Assembly (NCBI GenBank): GCA_038087875.1
Contig: CM075988.1
Span: 13,394,001 to 13,458,000 of the forward strand
From: Malacoraja senta
Taxonomy: Eukaryota
Direction of reading: 5' to 3'
Length of the DNA: 64,000 nucleotides
Position 1 is the stretch's first letter, and the number at the start of each line of letters is the position of its first letter. Positions 27,901-39,916 of this stretch are shown one piece after another. A program made the translations under genes and the position numbers. The notes under the pieces were generated by a model. It ran no database searches, was not told the origin of the DNA, and saw nothing but the letters and a program-made list of their open reading frames with translations.

Positions 27901-30900
27901 TAAAGACAACTGCCATTGTAATATTTTCAGAGCAGTGCAGTTATACTGGAGGTGATGCTGTCAGTTTATCATCTGATATACTTTAAACTTTTCTAGAGTA
28001 TTGGTCTTTGAAGGACGGACTGGCTTCGAGGGGGTCAAATGGTATCTGCAAGCAACTTCAAGTAACCATCTGCCCAAATTTACAAACACATGTCTGTTGT
28101 CCTGAAGCATACAATAATACTTATTGGACTAGTAACACAACAGACTAATAACAGACTTATTGAAACATGTTTTGCTGATTTAGCCTTTTCTGGATATAAA
28201 ACCAAGAATTACAAAGCAATATTATAATAGTGTGCATGAACCTTGCATGAATTTAATAACATTCTTGTTTAGTGCATTATTTACATGTAAGGTTAGGTAA
28301 CAAATAAACTTAGTGGGCATAGTTCATACAAAATCAATGCTTAAAGTTAATAACACAGGAGCTCCAGTATAATCTTCTTTAAAAAATCAGAAAACATATT
28401 ATGATGATATACATTGAAGTTAAATGTAGCTGTCTAACTATATTATTGCATTTCTCCAGGCTGTCCTCTGCTACATAGCAAGCAACCATTTTTGTCTTTC
28501 TTTAAAAAAAAGCAAGAGGCCGGGTAATGAAAGTAGAGATTCAAGAAGTATTTTTCAAAACCAGCTGCAAAGTAGCAATACTGAATTAGTATTTTGGACC
28601 ATTCTGACATTAAAAAAACATTTATGAACTGAGTGTGTGATCTGAAAGAGTACAATCTGAAAGAGTACAATCGTCTGTGTGTGCATTTTATCATGAAGAT
28701 TCCAATCAGCACCATATATACATCTACTGAAATCAATGTGATGTTTTCTTTTGTGCAGTTCACTGAGCTAGCAATTAGCAATTAGTTATTACAACATTGC
28801 AGTGTAATTAATGTGCAAAATGATTTGTCCATGACAATGTGAAGTAGCTTTCACTGCCACAAATACTGCAGCTTTGATAATGCTTAGTCTTTGCTAAATA
28901 GCATGAATTGTAGCAGTTTGGTAGGAAACTGAGGATTGATTACCAATTAATATGTGCAAAACCACAGGCACACTGCAATGTTTTCTTACAACATTAGCCA
29001 TAATTGGTACTTGAATATGCAAATATTGGTGACAGGGGACATTATCACACTGCTGGGAACAGATGGAGGCCTGAAACAATAATGTTAGCTCTTTCGCAAC
29101 ACAAATAACTGAAAATTCACATATTCTTTTATATTCTATAATGATTTCAACACTGATAACGAAAAGATAGAGAAACAAGACTTCTAAAAATTACGTTTTT
29201 ACATCAATTAAGTCATCTCTTCAACAAATGTGCGGAGGAAATGACAGGAAGTTAAAATTAGATAAACTAGATTACAGAGGGGATGACCACTGAATGTAAA
29301 AATTATTCATAGAGTACAGCGATACAGCACAGAAAAGGCCTTTTGTCCATCATGTCTTACCTGTATTAGATCCATAGCGATCTATGCCTTGGCGTTTCAA
29401 ATACTTATCTAGATACTTCTTAAAGGTCATGAGAGTATCTGCCTCCATAGCTTTTCAGGTAATGCATTTCAGATTTAATATTATGTGTGAAAATATTGCC
29501 CCTCCGATCCTCTCTAACTCTATCCCTCACCTTAAGCTTTCTAGTCTTAGAAATTTCCACCATAGGCGACGTTTCGGGTCGAGACCCTTCTTCAGGTCTG
29601 AAGCTTGTCAGATTCCTCACAATAAACCCAGGCTAGAAGGGAGAAGGGCAAATTTTTCGACCCAAAACGTCGCCTATTTCCTTTGGTCCATAGATGCTGC
29701 CACATCCGCTGAGTTTCTCCAGCATTTTTGTCTACCTTCGATTTTCCAGCATCTGCAGTTCCTTCTTAAATAAAAATAAAAGGATTTGTTCTACAAAATT
29801 TGGATTTAATGGCCTAGGTTCCGCAGGTTCCCCACCCCTGATCTATCCTATTTATCTCCCTCATAATTTTAATTATCTCTATCAGATCACCTCTTGGCCT
29901 CCTCCACATCAGGGAAAACAAACCCAACTTATCAAATGCTATTCTGATTCCATTGTATTCTGTCCTCATCCCCATCATGCCCAGTTTCATCGGTTGGCTA
30001 GTTTTCAGACAAACTAGAAAAGCTGGTTATTTATCAAATTGTTGAATTTATTGTTGAGTCCTGAGGGATGTAGTCTAACTAAATAGAAAAGAAGATGCTA
30101 TTCCTCAAGTTCATATTGAGCTTCTTAGAAAAATGTGTAAGAGACCAGTTAGGGTGAGAGTAAATTGAGGATTAAAGTATTAGCCACAAGTTAGAATTAC
30201 CAGTTAGCCTCATATGTAGTTAGCTTCGGTGGGAGGTCCAGAAGACATATGTGATTTAGTTTATCTCTTTCTTAATTGAGCACCTATAAAGTTAAAATGC
30301 ATTGTCAAATGAGGGACACGTGTAGAAATGGATAGACAGGCAGCAATGGTAGAGGGAGAAAGAAAAAATGCTTAAACTTTTTTTTTAAAGTAAATTGAAA
30401 AAAGTTGCCTTTTTGTAATTTTTATCGTAAATTTTACTTGCAGTCCCTTCAATTTAGATAGACGCAAAAAGCTGGAGCAGTTTCTTCCTACACATCTTTA
30501 CAATTGAGATATTTCGAAGTCTCTTCTGCCCTCTAGTGTCTGAAAGTTGTCACTGTACTTGTAACTTTCAATATTGCTTGTAAACAATAAAATATAACAA
30601 CAACATTAGCAGTTTAAACAATCATTTCAATGTTCTACATTAGGAATGTAGGAACAATTAGTCCTTTGAGCTTGTTACATCAAAAATGAAATGTTGCCTG
30701 ACTTACAACCTTATTCCATCTTTAACCAAAATCTCATAATACTTCTATTAACAAAAAAAACATTGATTTCAGATAGCATAATTTACTGCATGAGAAAAGA
30801 AATTGCACCATATTATATCAAGCATTCACTCTTAAAATACTTAGTTCTAATATTTATTCTATCTTCAGTACAGTGATCTCTCCAGAATGTATCTTCTACC

Positions 30901-30984
30901 ATCTACCCTTTCAGTTCTTCTTAATAAAGTTAGTGTCTTAATATGAAATTACCCTGAATATTCTAAATTCTAGGAAACACAAAC

Positions 30985-31300
30985 TGAGTGGGGCAGCTGG
31001 TGGAACTGCTGCCTGACAGTGCCAGAGACCCAGGTTCGATTCTGACCTCTGCTGCTGCCTGTGTGGAGTTAGCACATTCTCCCTGCGACCGCGTTGGTTT
31101 TCTCCGGGTGCTCCGGTTTCACCCCACATCCCAAAGACATGCAGGTTTGTCAGTTAATTGTCCTCTGTAAATTGTCCCTGGCATGCAGGGAATGGATGAG
31201 AAAGTGGGATAACAGAACTAGTTTGAACGGGTGATCAATGGTCAGCGTGACTCGATTAGCCTGTTTCTATGCTGTATCTCTAAACTAAACTAAACTAAAC
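30985..31300 (+). mobile_element. V-SINE/HE1-like SINE
   Basis: GGTTCGATTC B box, core, (TAAAC)n tail. Confidence 0.8.
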
Positions 31301-31489
31301 AAACATAATTTAAAATTTCAGTTCTCACATTTTAATATTTGGAATCCTAGCTTTAATCTATGCTGCACAGCCCCCAAAGCAAACACATCCTTACTAGGAG
31401 TTGCCATCCCATGAATCAAAATATAAAATGACGTGTCTACCTTCTATAAAATGATGGAAATACTCAGAATGTCATTCAGTATCTATGGA

Positions 31490-31870
31490 AAAAGAAAGTT
31501 AACATTTCAGTTCCAAGACCATTTGTCATCCTGTTCTGACATATTAACTGTTTCTCCTTCTGCAGATGCAGCCTGACCTGCTGAATATTTCCAGCATCTG
31601 CTTGTTTTTTTTAATTTGCATCCCAGGAATCCGTTTATGGAAACAAAGAACAGTGGATGCTGGTTTATATCAAAGATAGACACAGTGCTGGAGTAACTCA
31701 GCAGGTCAAGCAGCATCTTAGGAGAAAAAGGAGAGTGATATTTCGGGTCGGGACCCTTCTTCAGACTGAAAACTTATCAGAAAAAAAACAGCCAAAACGT
31801 CACCCATGCTTTTTCTCCAGAGATGCTGCCTGACCCGCTGGGTTACTCCAGCACTTAGTGTCTTTGACTA
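31490..31870. mobile_element. Penelope-like short repeats, inverted arrangement
   Basis: Same unit; core on minus strand 31734-31767. Confidence 0.65.
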
Positions 31871-32089
31871 TCTCGGCCCCTCTAATCCTGACCAGTTATA
31901 CACAAATTGAACAGCTTCCCAATGAGCAGCTTTGGCTTCATCCCCCCAGTCCGCTTGTGCACGGAGACCAAAGTCCAACACAGGGATTGTCCTGTGGAGG
32001 AGTCGGCACCCATCTTCAGATCTAGGCCTCAACCATTTGTAATCCATGTTGATGGTTGGGATGAAGGATGAAGAGACTGGGTGCACCAC

Positions 32090-32500
32090 AGCCAAATTTG
32101 CTCATAATACAAAAATAAATAGGTTGGCACATTATGAGGAGCATATTGCCAAGGACTAAAAAGATAGGTTAAGTGAGTAATGAAGAAGTTGCCAGATGGG
32201 GTATACCGCAGCAAATTGTGAGGTCATCCACTTTGGAAGGAAGAATGAAAAAGTAAATTATTATTTAAGTGGAGTGAAACTGTAAATGTTGCAATGCAAA
32301 AGGATCTAAGATACGAGAAATATAAAGATATTAGTGTATGGATACAGCAAGTAATTACAAAAGTGAATGGATTGATTGTCCTTACTGCAAGGGCATGGAT
32401 TATAATAGTTGGGAAGTTTTGATGCAACTTTACTGGGTGCTGGTGAGTCCACACCTGGAATACTGTATTGATCTCCATGCTTAAGGAAGGAAGCATATAC
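32090..32500 (+). mobile_element. CR1 LINE RT C-terminal fragment
   Basis: KCEVIHFGRKNEK, LVSPHLEYC-like motifs. Confidence 0.65.
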
Positions 32501-33846
32501 GGGCAGAATGACTCCCATTTGGTGATCAGACTCTGACAAATCGGATGCAAGCAATCAAATGTATGCAGAATTATATTGATAGAATATCGTTGCTCATTAT
32601 TTTCATGAATGCCATAACCTTGGGTAAGTGCCAACCAGGGGCAATTGAAAACAGCAAATGATTCTGTGTATTTGCATGAAATCTCGTTGACTGGACTGAA
32701 GGGCTGTTTCTTCTGCTGTTTTTTTTTCCAGAGAAAACACTTAATGAAAATGTTTGTCAGATATATTGTTTGATACAGATATGGATTAAAAACGAAGAAA
32801 ATTAATAGCACTCTCTGCACTTTAAGGCTGCCATATATATATTTAAATAGCATTCCTTTGAATGCATCCTGTGGTAGCAAGTACCAGTTTCATAAATCCT
32901 TGAATAAAGTGCTTTTTTTCAATATTTCTTATTAGATTTCTGGATGCCTATAAAACATTGTGTCCTTTTTCTTCCTTCGCATGAAAATTGTGCCTATCAA
33001 AACTTTCATAGCCTTCAAGACCCCCTGTGAACTTAATCTTCAACTTTCTCTTTTCAAAGAAACAGAGATCCAGGAAGCTTATTTTTAAATATATATTATT
33101 TTTCATATTTACTCTTATATAACATTGTACATTCAGTTGTTACCATTCTCTGTACAAATCATATCATTCTATTTAAATTATGTCAACTTGCTATCATTCT
33201 CCTTAACATATTCTTAGAGCAGAGTTTGTGGATTTTTTTTTAAACGTACATTCCAACTGCTCTATGTCTTCTTTTCACCTCCATCCTTTGTCACTTACTC
33301 CTAGCATCGCTGCTTTGACAGGAATGCTAGGAGTATTTGCCTCATGTCAGTGGTTGTCAGGTCATTACATGGATGGGGTCCCAGGTACTGTATATTGCCT
33401 AAGGATATCTCCCTGGTTTGCCCTAATGCCCAGTTCTCGAGGATCAGCCCATTTTGCTGTCCACGATAAGTCCAAATCCAGTTTGGACTGACTGTGTGTA
33501 ATGGGATAATGAAAGCTAAATTCTACAAATGAAATAATCAGAAAATTATGAAAATACTCAATAGAATCAGGCAGTATTTGAGGACAGACAAACACAATTA
33601 ACATTTCAGACTAATGCCCTTTTATTTTACTTCGGAGTCACGTGAGTGACTACGTGAAGAACAGCCCGTCCAGCCGCACACACGTCATATCGTCAGACGC
33701 ATAGCGTTCATGACCGTGTGTGGAGGAGCAGGGCTCCTCCAAGCGGTGAGTAAAGCAAAAAGTCGGAAGGTAAGTGCTTTCACTTTCACTTCCAGGTTCG
33801 CTTTTTTCTCGTCAGACTTGTTGGTGGAGCTCCATGCAAGTTTATC

Positions 33847-35316
33847 ATGGAGAAAGGGCGCAGGGGAAAAAGACGTACCGCAGGTAAACCCCAAGTTTCA
33901 GAGGGTAGCGGGCGTCAGTTAGAGGAGTCAGTGGCAGCGAGGCCATTAACTCCGGTTGCGGTCGAAAGTGCCGTTATACCGCCGGTGGGGCGCAAGGCAG
34001 GACAAACGTCCGTAGGACTAATAGACTCCGATGAGTCAGACCCGGAGGAATACCCTCCTCAGTTAGGAAATGTTATGGCTGCTAGGGTCGCAAGCTTGGA
34101 ACTCCTTATGGGGAAAATGATTTATAAAGAACCCCCACAGGAGGAATTCAGTCCGTTGGCCTATCGAAGATATAGCACAGGGGGTGCCTTGGATGGGACA
34201 GGCACAAGGTTGGCCTACAGGAGAGCCATCAGAATGCCTGTGCAGAGACAATACAGAGGTTGGCCTACAGGAGAGCCAATGCCCGAAATGCCAGCAAAAA
34301 GGCAGTATATGTGTTGGCCTACAGGAGAGCCAGTACCAGAAATGCCTGAACAAAGGCAGTACAAACGTTGGGTGAGAGATGTGCCAGCACCGACAATGTC
34401 TGAAGAAAGACAAATTAAGCATTGGCCTAGAAGTGAGCCAGCGCCAGCAGCACCTGAAACAGGGCTGCCTATCCGTGGGCCTACAGGAGAGCCCGCGCAG
34501 GGGGAATCTGGCAGAGACTTTACTATGCGAAGGCCGATGGAAGGGCCAGGGCTAGACTTACCTGAAACAGGGATGCCAGAAATTTCCAATCAGGAGGAGG
34601 AACATCTAGATTCAGATGATGATTTATATGAGGACCAGAGCCCATTATCAGAGCTCAAAGTACCAGGGCTGGCACAAAAATTTGCTGTTCCCAGAGTAAC
34701 AGGGGAACCTTTGAGAGATGAAATAGCAATGACTATAAATTATCTGCTCTCCCATTAGCTCCATGAATTAACTATGGATGAGACTGTTAAAAAATATGAG
34801 ACCCCGGAAAATTGTGCACTGTTAGCAGTTCCAGCGGTGAATAACTTAATATGGGGCTATTTGAGCATTGGATTACACTCACAAGAATTAAAATTACAAC
34901 GAGTGCTGAAATTGCTGGGGTCAGGCATCACGGCGTTTGCCAGAGGGTTGGATGAAGAACATATATCTGATTCACAACAAGATGCCTTAGCACTCATGTG
35001 TAGTGCGCACTTTGAAATTAACTGTATTCGTAAAAGTGCAATACGACCGAATATTCATCCTAAGTATGCAGGGCTCTGTAAACCATCCAATATACAAATG
35101 CCTAATTTGCTTTTTGGAGAAAATCTAGCAAAAAAGTTAAAAGACCTAAATGAAGAGTCAAAAACCATGATGGGCATCTATTTTGAGCAGAGCAGTGCGA
35201 AGGCAGTATCCTTACAGACGGATGGCTGGTGCTGGAGATGGAACAAGCCGATCGTACCCATATACGCGTTTGCGTACTGCACCGGGGATGCGTGGAGGTT
35301 ACAATGTGCCTACTAG
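33847..35316 (+). pseudogene. DIRS Gag-like ORF1, interrupted
   Basis: KKYETPENCALLAVPAVNNLIW...LLFGENLAKKLKD typical of DIRS Gag; in-frame TAG at 34756-34758; 18-aa repeats upstream. Confidence 0.75.
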
Positions 35317-35359
35317 GAGGGGACAACATATGATAAGAAACATAACAAATGTGTTACAC

Positions 35360-36357
35360 TCACAAGTGGGGGGAAGATTACGATTCTTCCTAAAAGAATG
35401 GCAACTAATAACAAATGATTCGTTTATACTGTGCAGCATAGTGGGATTTAGAATTGAGTTCTATCCACATTTGGATCCTCCATCTCAGCATATTTCAAAC
35501 CGGTCACGTACTTTCTCAAAGGAAGAGAATACGCAGATCGAGGGAGAATTGAAAATTTTATGCGATAAAGGTGTAATAGAAAAGTCAGTAGAACAACACC
35601 GTCAAGTATTTTTCCTAGAACAAAAAAGGATGGTGAATGTAGAATTATTCTGGATCTGAAAAGTCTTAACCTTTTTGTACAGTATAAACATTTTAAAATG
35701 GAAACATTTACTAACGCCATTCAGCTGGTCACAAGAAACTACTATATGGCAAACATAGATCTGCAAGATGCATATTATTCTGTGGCAATGCATGGTAATG
35801 ATCAAAGATATCTAAAATTTAGGTGGATGAGTCAGTTATGGCAATTTAAAGCATTGCCCAATGGTCTGACTTCAGCACCAAGGTTATTTACAAAATTACT
35901 TAAACCAATTTTAGCTCTGCTAAGAGCTGAGGGCCATGTATTAATGGCTTATTTGGATGATATTCTGATTGTGGGGGACACTTTGGCTACAGCAAAGGTG
36001 TCAGTGTTAAGAGTCAAGTACATTTTTGAAAAAATGGGATTTATTATTCACCCACAAAAATCGAAACTATTACCAAACAAAGAGATTGATTACCTAGGGT
36101 TCACAATTAACTCAGAACACATGGTAATCACCTTGCCAAAAGATAAAAGGCTGCAGTTAATTGAAGGTTGTACTAAGCTCATTAACGAGTACCAACCCTC
36201 AATTAGACAAGTGGCAAGCTTGCTGGGCAAATTAATTGCTGCTTTTCCAGCTGTAAGATTTGGACCATTGCATTATCAGCATTTGCAGAGGGCTAAGGTA
36301 CAAGCATTAAAGATTAATGCAGGGCATTTTGATAGGCCCATGCAATTGACAATTTAA
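35360..36357 (+). pseudogene. DIRS reverse transcriptase
   Basis: VGGRLRFFLKEW, IDLQDAYYSV, LPNGLTSAPRLFTKLLKP, YLDD, YLGFTINS; frameshift near 35600, in-frame stop at 36355. Confidence 0.92.
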
Positions 36358-36363
36358 CCTATT

Positions 36364-36850
36364 ATGGAAATAGAATGGTGGATTAACAATGTCTCTAATG
36401 CTTCCAGAAAAGTTCTGGTAGACGCACCTTCCGTTATTCTACAGACTGATGTAAGTGCTCTAGGATGGGGCACAACTAACATTGTTTCCAGCTGTGGAGA
36501 TAGGTGGAATGTGGATGAAGTACCTTTGCTTGAAAATCAAGGTATAAATTACCTAGAGCTGTTAGGAGCATTTTATGGGCTTAAAGCTTATTGCACTAAT
36601 ATGGAAAATTTGCATGTTCAGGTACAGGTTGACAATACTACAGCTGTAGCATATGTAAATCATATGGGTGGTATCAAGTCAGAATCTTGTGATAGATTGG
36701 CAAATGTAATTTGGACCTGGTGTATTGCCAGGAAAATTTGTCTGTCAGCAATTTACTTACCAGGTAAATTCAACATAGTTGCAGACAAAAGGTCAAGTAA
36801 ATTTAATGATAATACAGAATGGATGTTGCATCATGAAATATTTAAGCAAA
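36364..36850 (+). pseudogene. DIRS RNase H domain
   Basis: ILQTDVSALGWG, INYLELLGA, DNTTAVAYVNHMGG, YLPGKFNIVADKRS. Confidence 0.9.
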
Positions 36851-37238
36851 TTGTTGCACAATTTGAAATGCCGAAGATTGATTTGTTTGCATCAAGACTC
36901 AACCACTAATTGCCTAAGTATGTGTCATGGGAACCTGATCCTGGTGCAGAACCTGATCCTGGATGCTTTCTCGCTACATTGGGGTGGTATGTTTCTGTAT
37001 GCATTTCCTCCGTTTTGTTTAATCAATTGATGCATACAGAAAATTAAACAGGACTCAGCCTCGGGGATTTTGGTGGTGCCAGATTGGCCTACACAGCTAT
37101 GGTACCCACTGGTGTTAAAAATGATTTAAAAAAAACTTTTGGTTATTCCAAAGCAGGTAAAAACTACTTGTACACCCTGTAACTGATGAACCACATCCTT
37201 TACATGATCGTATTGGTTTGTTGATTTGCAGATTCTAA
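36851..37238 (+). pseudogene. DIRS DNA adenine methyltransferase-like domain, disrupted
   Basis: IDLFASRLNH, DAFSLHW, YAFPPF, ILVVPDWPTQLWYP; stops at 36907 and 37028 and a 14-bp duplication at 36931-36962. Confidence 0.8.
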
Positions 37239-37332
37239 GAAGGCCATATCTTGGAAAAGGATCATCAGACCGTACGTTGGATGTTATGGCAGCAGCCAGA
37301 AGCAATACGTTTCTTATATAAGGAAATGGGAG

Positions 37333-38196
37333 GTGTTTTGTTCAGAAAAGAATATTGCATATAACACTGCAGACATTTCAGATGTGTTAGAGTTTCTTTC
37401 AACTCTTTATTTTGAATTAAAATTAAGTTATAGTGCAATCAATACTGCACGAAGTGCACTCTCTGCATATTTATGCAGTGAATCAGAACAAAATCCAATA
37501 GGATCACATCCTTGGGTCTGTAGGTTTATGAAGGGAATTTTCAACTCCAAACCTCCTAGACCCAGGTATACAGAAATCTGGAATGTAAAAGATGTACTGA
37601 TGCTGCTGCGTGAATGGAATCCTATTGAAACTCTGTCATTGGCCAAAATTACCATGAAGTTGGTTATGCTCATGGCGTTAGTTTCAGCACAGAGAGTTCA
37701 AACATTACAGAAGTTAAGAATAGACAAGATGAAAGTAGGGGCAGATGCCGTTACATTCTATGTCTATGATTTGCTGAAACAAAGTAGACCTGGGTTCACG
37801 GGATGTAAGTTGGGGTTTTCAGCATATCCTACGGATCCACGGCTATGTGTAGTAACATATATAAAATGTTACATGGAAGCAACCAGAATCTTAAGAGGTA
37901 CAGAATTAGCATTTTTTATCAGCTATAAAAGTCCTCATAAGAAGGTGTCAACACAGACAATTTCAAGATGGTTGAAACAGGTGTTGATTTATTCAGGTAT
38001 TGATACTGATAAATTTAAATCTCATTCCGCCTCAACATCGGCGGCCAGGGATTCAGACGTTCCAATAGACCTCATCCTCGCGGCCGCAGGATGGGCAAGT
38101 GAACAGATGTTTCACAAGTATTACCATAAGGAGATTAAAGATCCCGGGATGTTTGGTGGTGCCGTGCCGGATTCAGTATTGAATCCCCCATTATGA
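37333..38196 (+). pseudogene. DIRS tyrosine recombinase, open frame but catalytic motif damaged
   Basis: YSAINTARSALS, AQRVQTL, LLKQSRP, STQTISRWLK, AAGWAS..MFHKYY; HSASTS where HxxR is expected. Confidence 0.9.
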
Positions 38197-38352
38197 TAAA
38201 TGGGTTACTATTGTTGTAATAAATAAAACCATTAACTGATTATATTTAATGTTGTGGTTATGCATTGTTGATTGTGCTTACTCATTAGAGTCAATCAGTG
38301 CAGTGAGCACCGGGATTTTATTCACGGTGTGAAATCACAGAGCTTTGAAATA

Positions 38353-38463
38353 TTCACGTAGTCACTCACGTGACTCCGAAGTAAAATAGTAAGATTAAAC
38401 GAGAACTTACCAGTTTGAAGTTTGATCTTTATTTTATGAGGAGTTACGTTGAGGGATTACGTG
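38353..38463 (+). repeat. DIRS internal complementary region
   Basis: 38353-38388 is the reverse complement of 33623-33658; 38387-38463 is a near-perfect reverse complement of 38604-38680. Confidence 0.93.
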
Positions 38464-38847
38464 CCCTCCAGTCCCACCCTCATAAAAGATCGAGCTGGTA
38501 GTTCTAGTCTTTATGTATCTTACTATCATACTTCAGTAATTGTTGTCTGTGATTTCACTCCGCTGCTTTGAAGATTGACGTGTGTGCGGCTGGACGGGCT
38601 CTTCACGTAATCCCTCAACATAACTCCTCATAAAATAAGGATCAAACTTCAAACTGGTAAGTTCTCGTTTAATCTTACTATTATATCAAGTCACACATAA
38701 CAAATTCCAATTATGCAATGTTTTTGTCAGTTAAATTACAACATGTTAACTACTTTTCATATACAAACACCTCAACACTGTAACATGAGATGGCTTCTGC
38801 CCTCATCAAGGACATGGTTAACAACATAAAATTACCATCGCACCTAC

Positions 38848-39916
38848 CTCCTGAGTACTTTTGGTCTTCTTTTCATTGTATAATTGTTGATATGAGGTTA
38901 ATTTGCGTGCTCCCAGAGTTTGCTTATTACGTTCCACAATATCATTCTGTGATGTTTCGTTCATCTGTAATTTTCTGTCATAAGAGATTGCAGGGATCTT
39001 TCTGTTTTTAACATTATTCACATTTCCATCACCATGCATTGATTCATGCTCCCAGTACTGTGTGTACTCTTTCTCATAGTGATCGTTCAATTTTTCAACG
39101 TCGTCTTTGTGGCGAGATTTATTTTTCCCATGGTTTTCCTGGGATTCTGTTTCTGTAATTCTATCTGGTGCTAATTTTCTATTCTTTTGTGAATCACTCT
39201 TATTGGTCTCATAAGATCCAAGTGAATCAGAGGAGTCACATTCTTCTTGACTGCTTTCAGTATTTTTACAGTAAGGAGAAGGTGGTCTTTTCCTTTTAGT
39301 CTGTTTCTCTTCATTGTTATCATTCTCTTTCAAACGAAATCTAACTCCTTGAGATTTACCTATTTGCTTCTTCTGTTCCAATGAGTCAAGGCGTTTATAT
39401 TTATGATCCTTCAACATTTCATTGTCACTTGTTCGATTGCGACATTTATTTTTCCCATATTTATTCCACAGCGCTGTTTTTGTAATATATTCTGATCCAC
39501 TTTTTCTGTGGTCATGCAAATCAGTTGTATTATTTTTATCATAAGAGGCAGAAGAATCTAAAGAGTCACATTCTTCTTGACTGCTGTCACCAAATTTACA
39601 AGGAGAAGGAGGTCTTTTTCTTTTAGGTTGTTTCTCTACATTATTAACATTTTCTCTGAAACCAAATCTACTTCCTTGAGATTTATATGATAGCCTTTTA
39701 TGTTCTGATAAATCTAGTTGCTCAAATTCATGGGACCTTGCAACATTATTCTCCAAACGGTCATTTGACTCCTGGAGCAAGTTCATCAGCGAATCATTAA
39801 GATGTGGGCTTTGTTGTTGAATCACCTCCTTAGACAATAGAATTTCTTCTCCCTCCCTGGTATTCCTCCAATTAGGATTATACCTTAGGCTAGCATATCT
39901 GTCACTCAGGTGTTTT
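38848..39916 (-). CDS. JHY: JHY coding exon 2
   Basis: Acceptor tttttttcag|; encodes DRYASLRYNPNWR (human DKYSDLRYDPNWK) and DIVERNKQTLG...SYQQLYNEKK (human FVEKNKLTLG...SYLQLHNKK); donor GAG|GTAGGT; phase 2 in, phase 0 out. Confidence 0.92.

Larger units (their letters stand above)
33623..38682 (+). mobile_element. DIRS1-type tyrosine-recombinase retrotransposon, full length, inactivated
   Basis: Inverted terminal repeats (33652-33686 vs 38576-38608), internal complementary region 38353-38463 matching both ends, Gag/RT/RNase H/MT/YR order, TATT at both borders, no classical TSD. Confidence 0.95.

Noticed and set aside
32224..32880. 218-aa minus-strand ORF
   Set aside because: Partly antisense to a CR1 fragment; composition not protein-like
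34205..34585. Repeat-spacer pattern resembling a CRISPR array
   Set aside because: Eukaryotic context, no cas genes, and the 54-bp period keeps the reading frame of a Gag ORF
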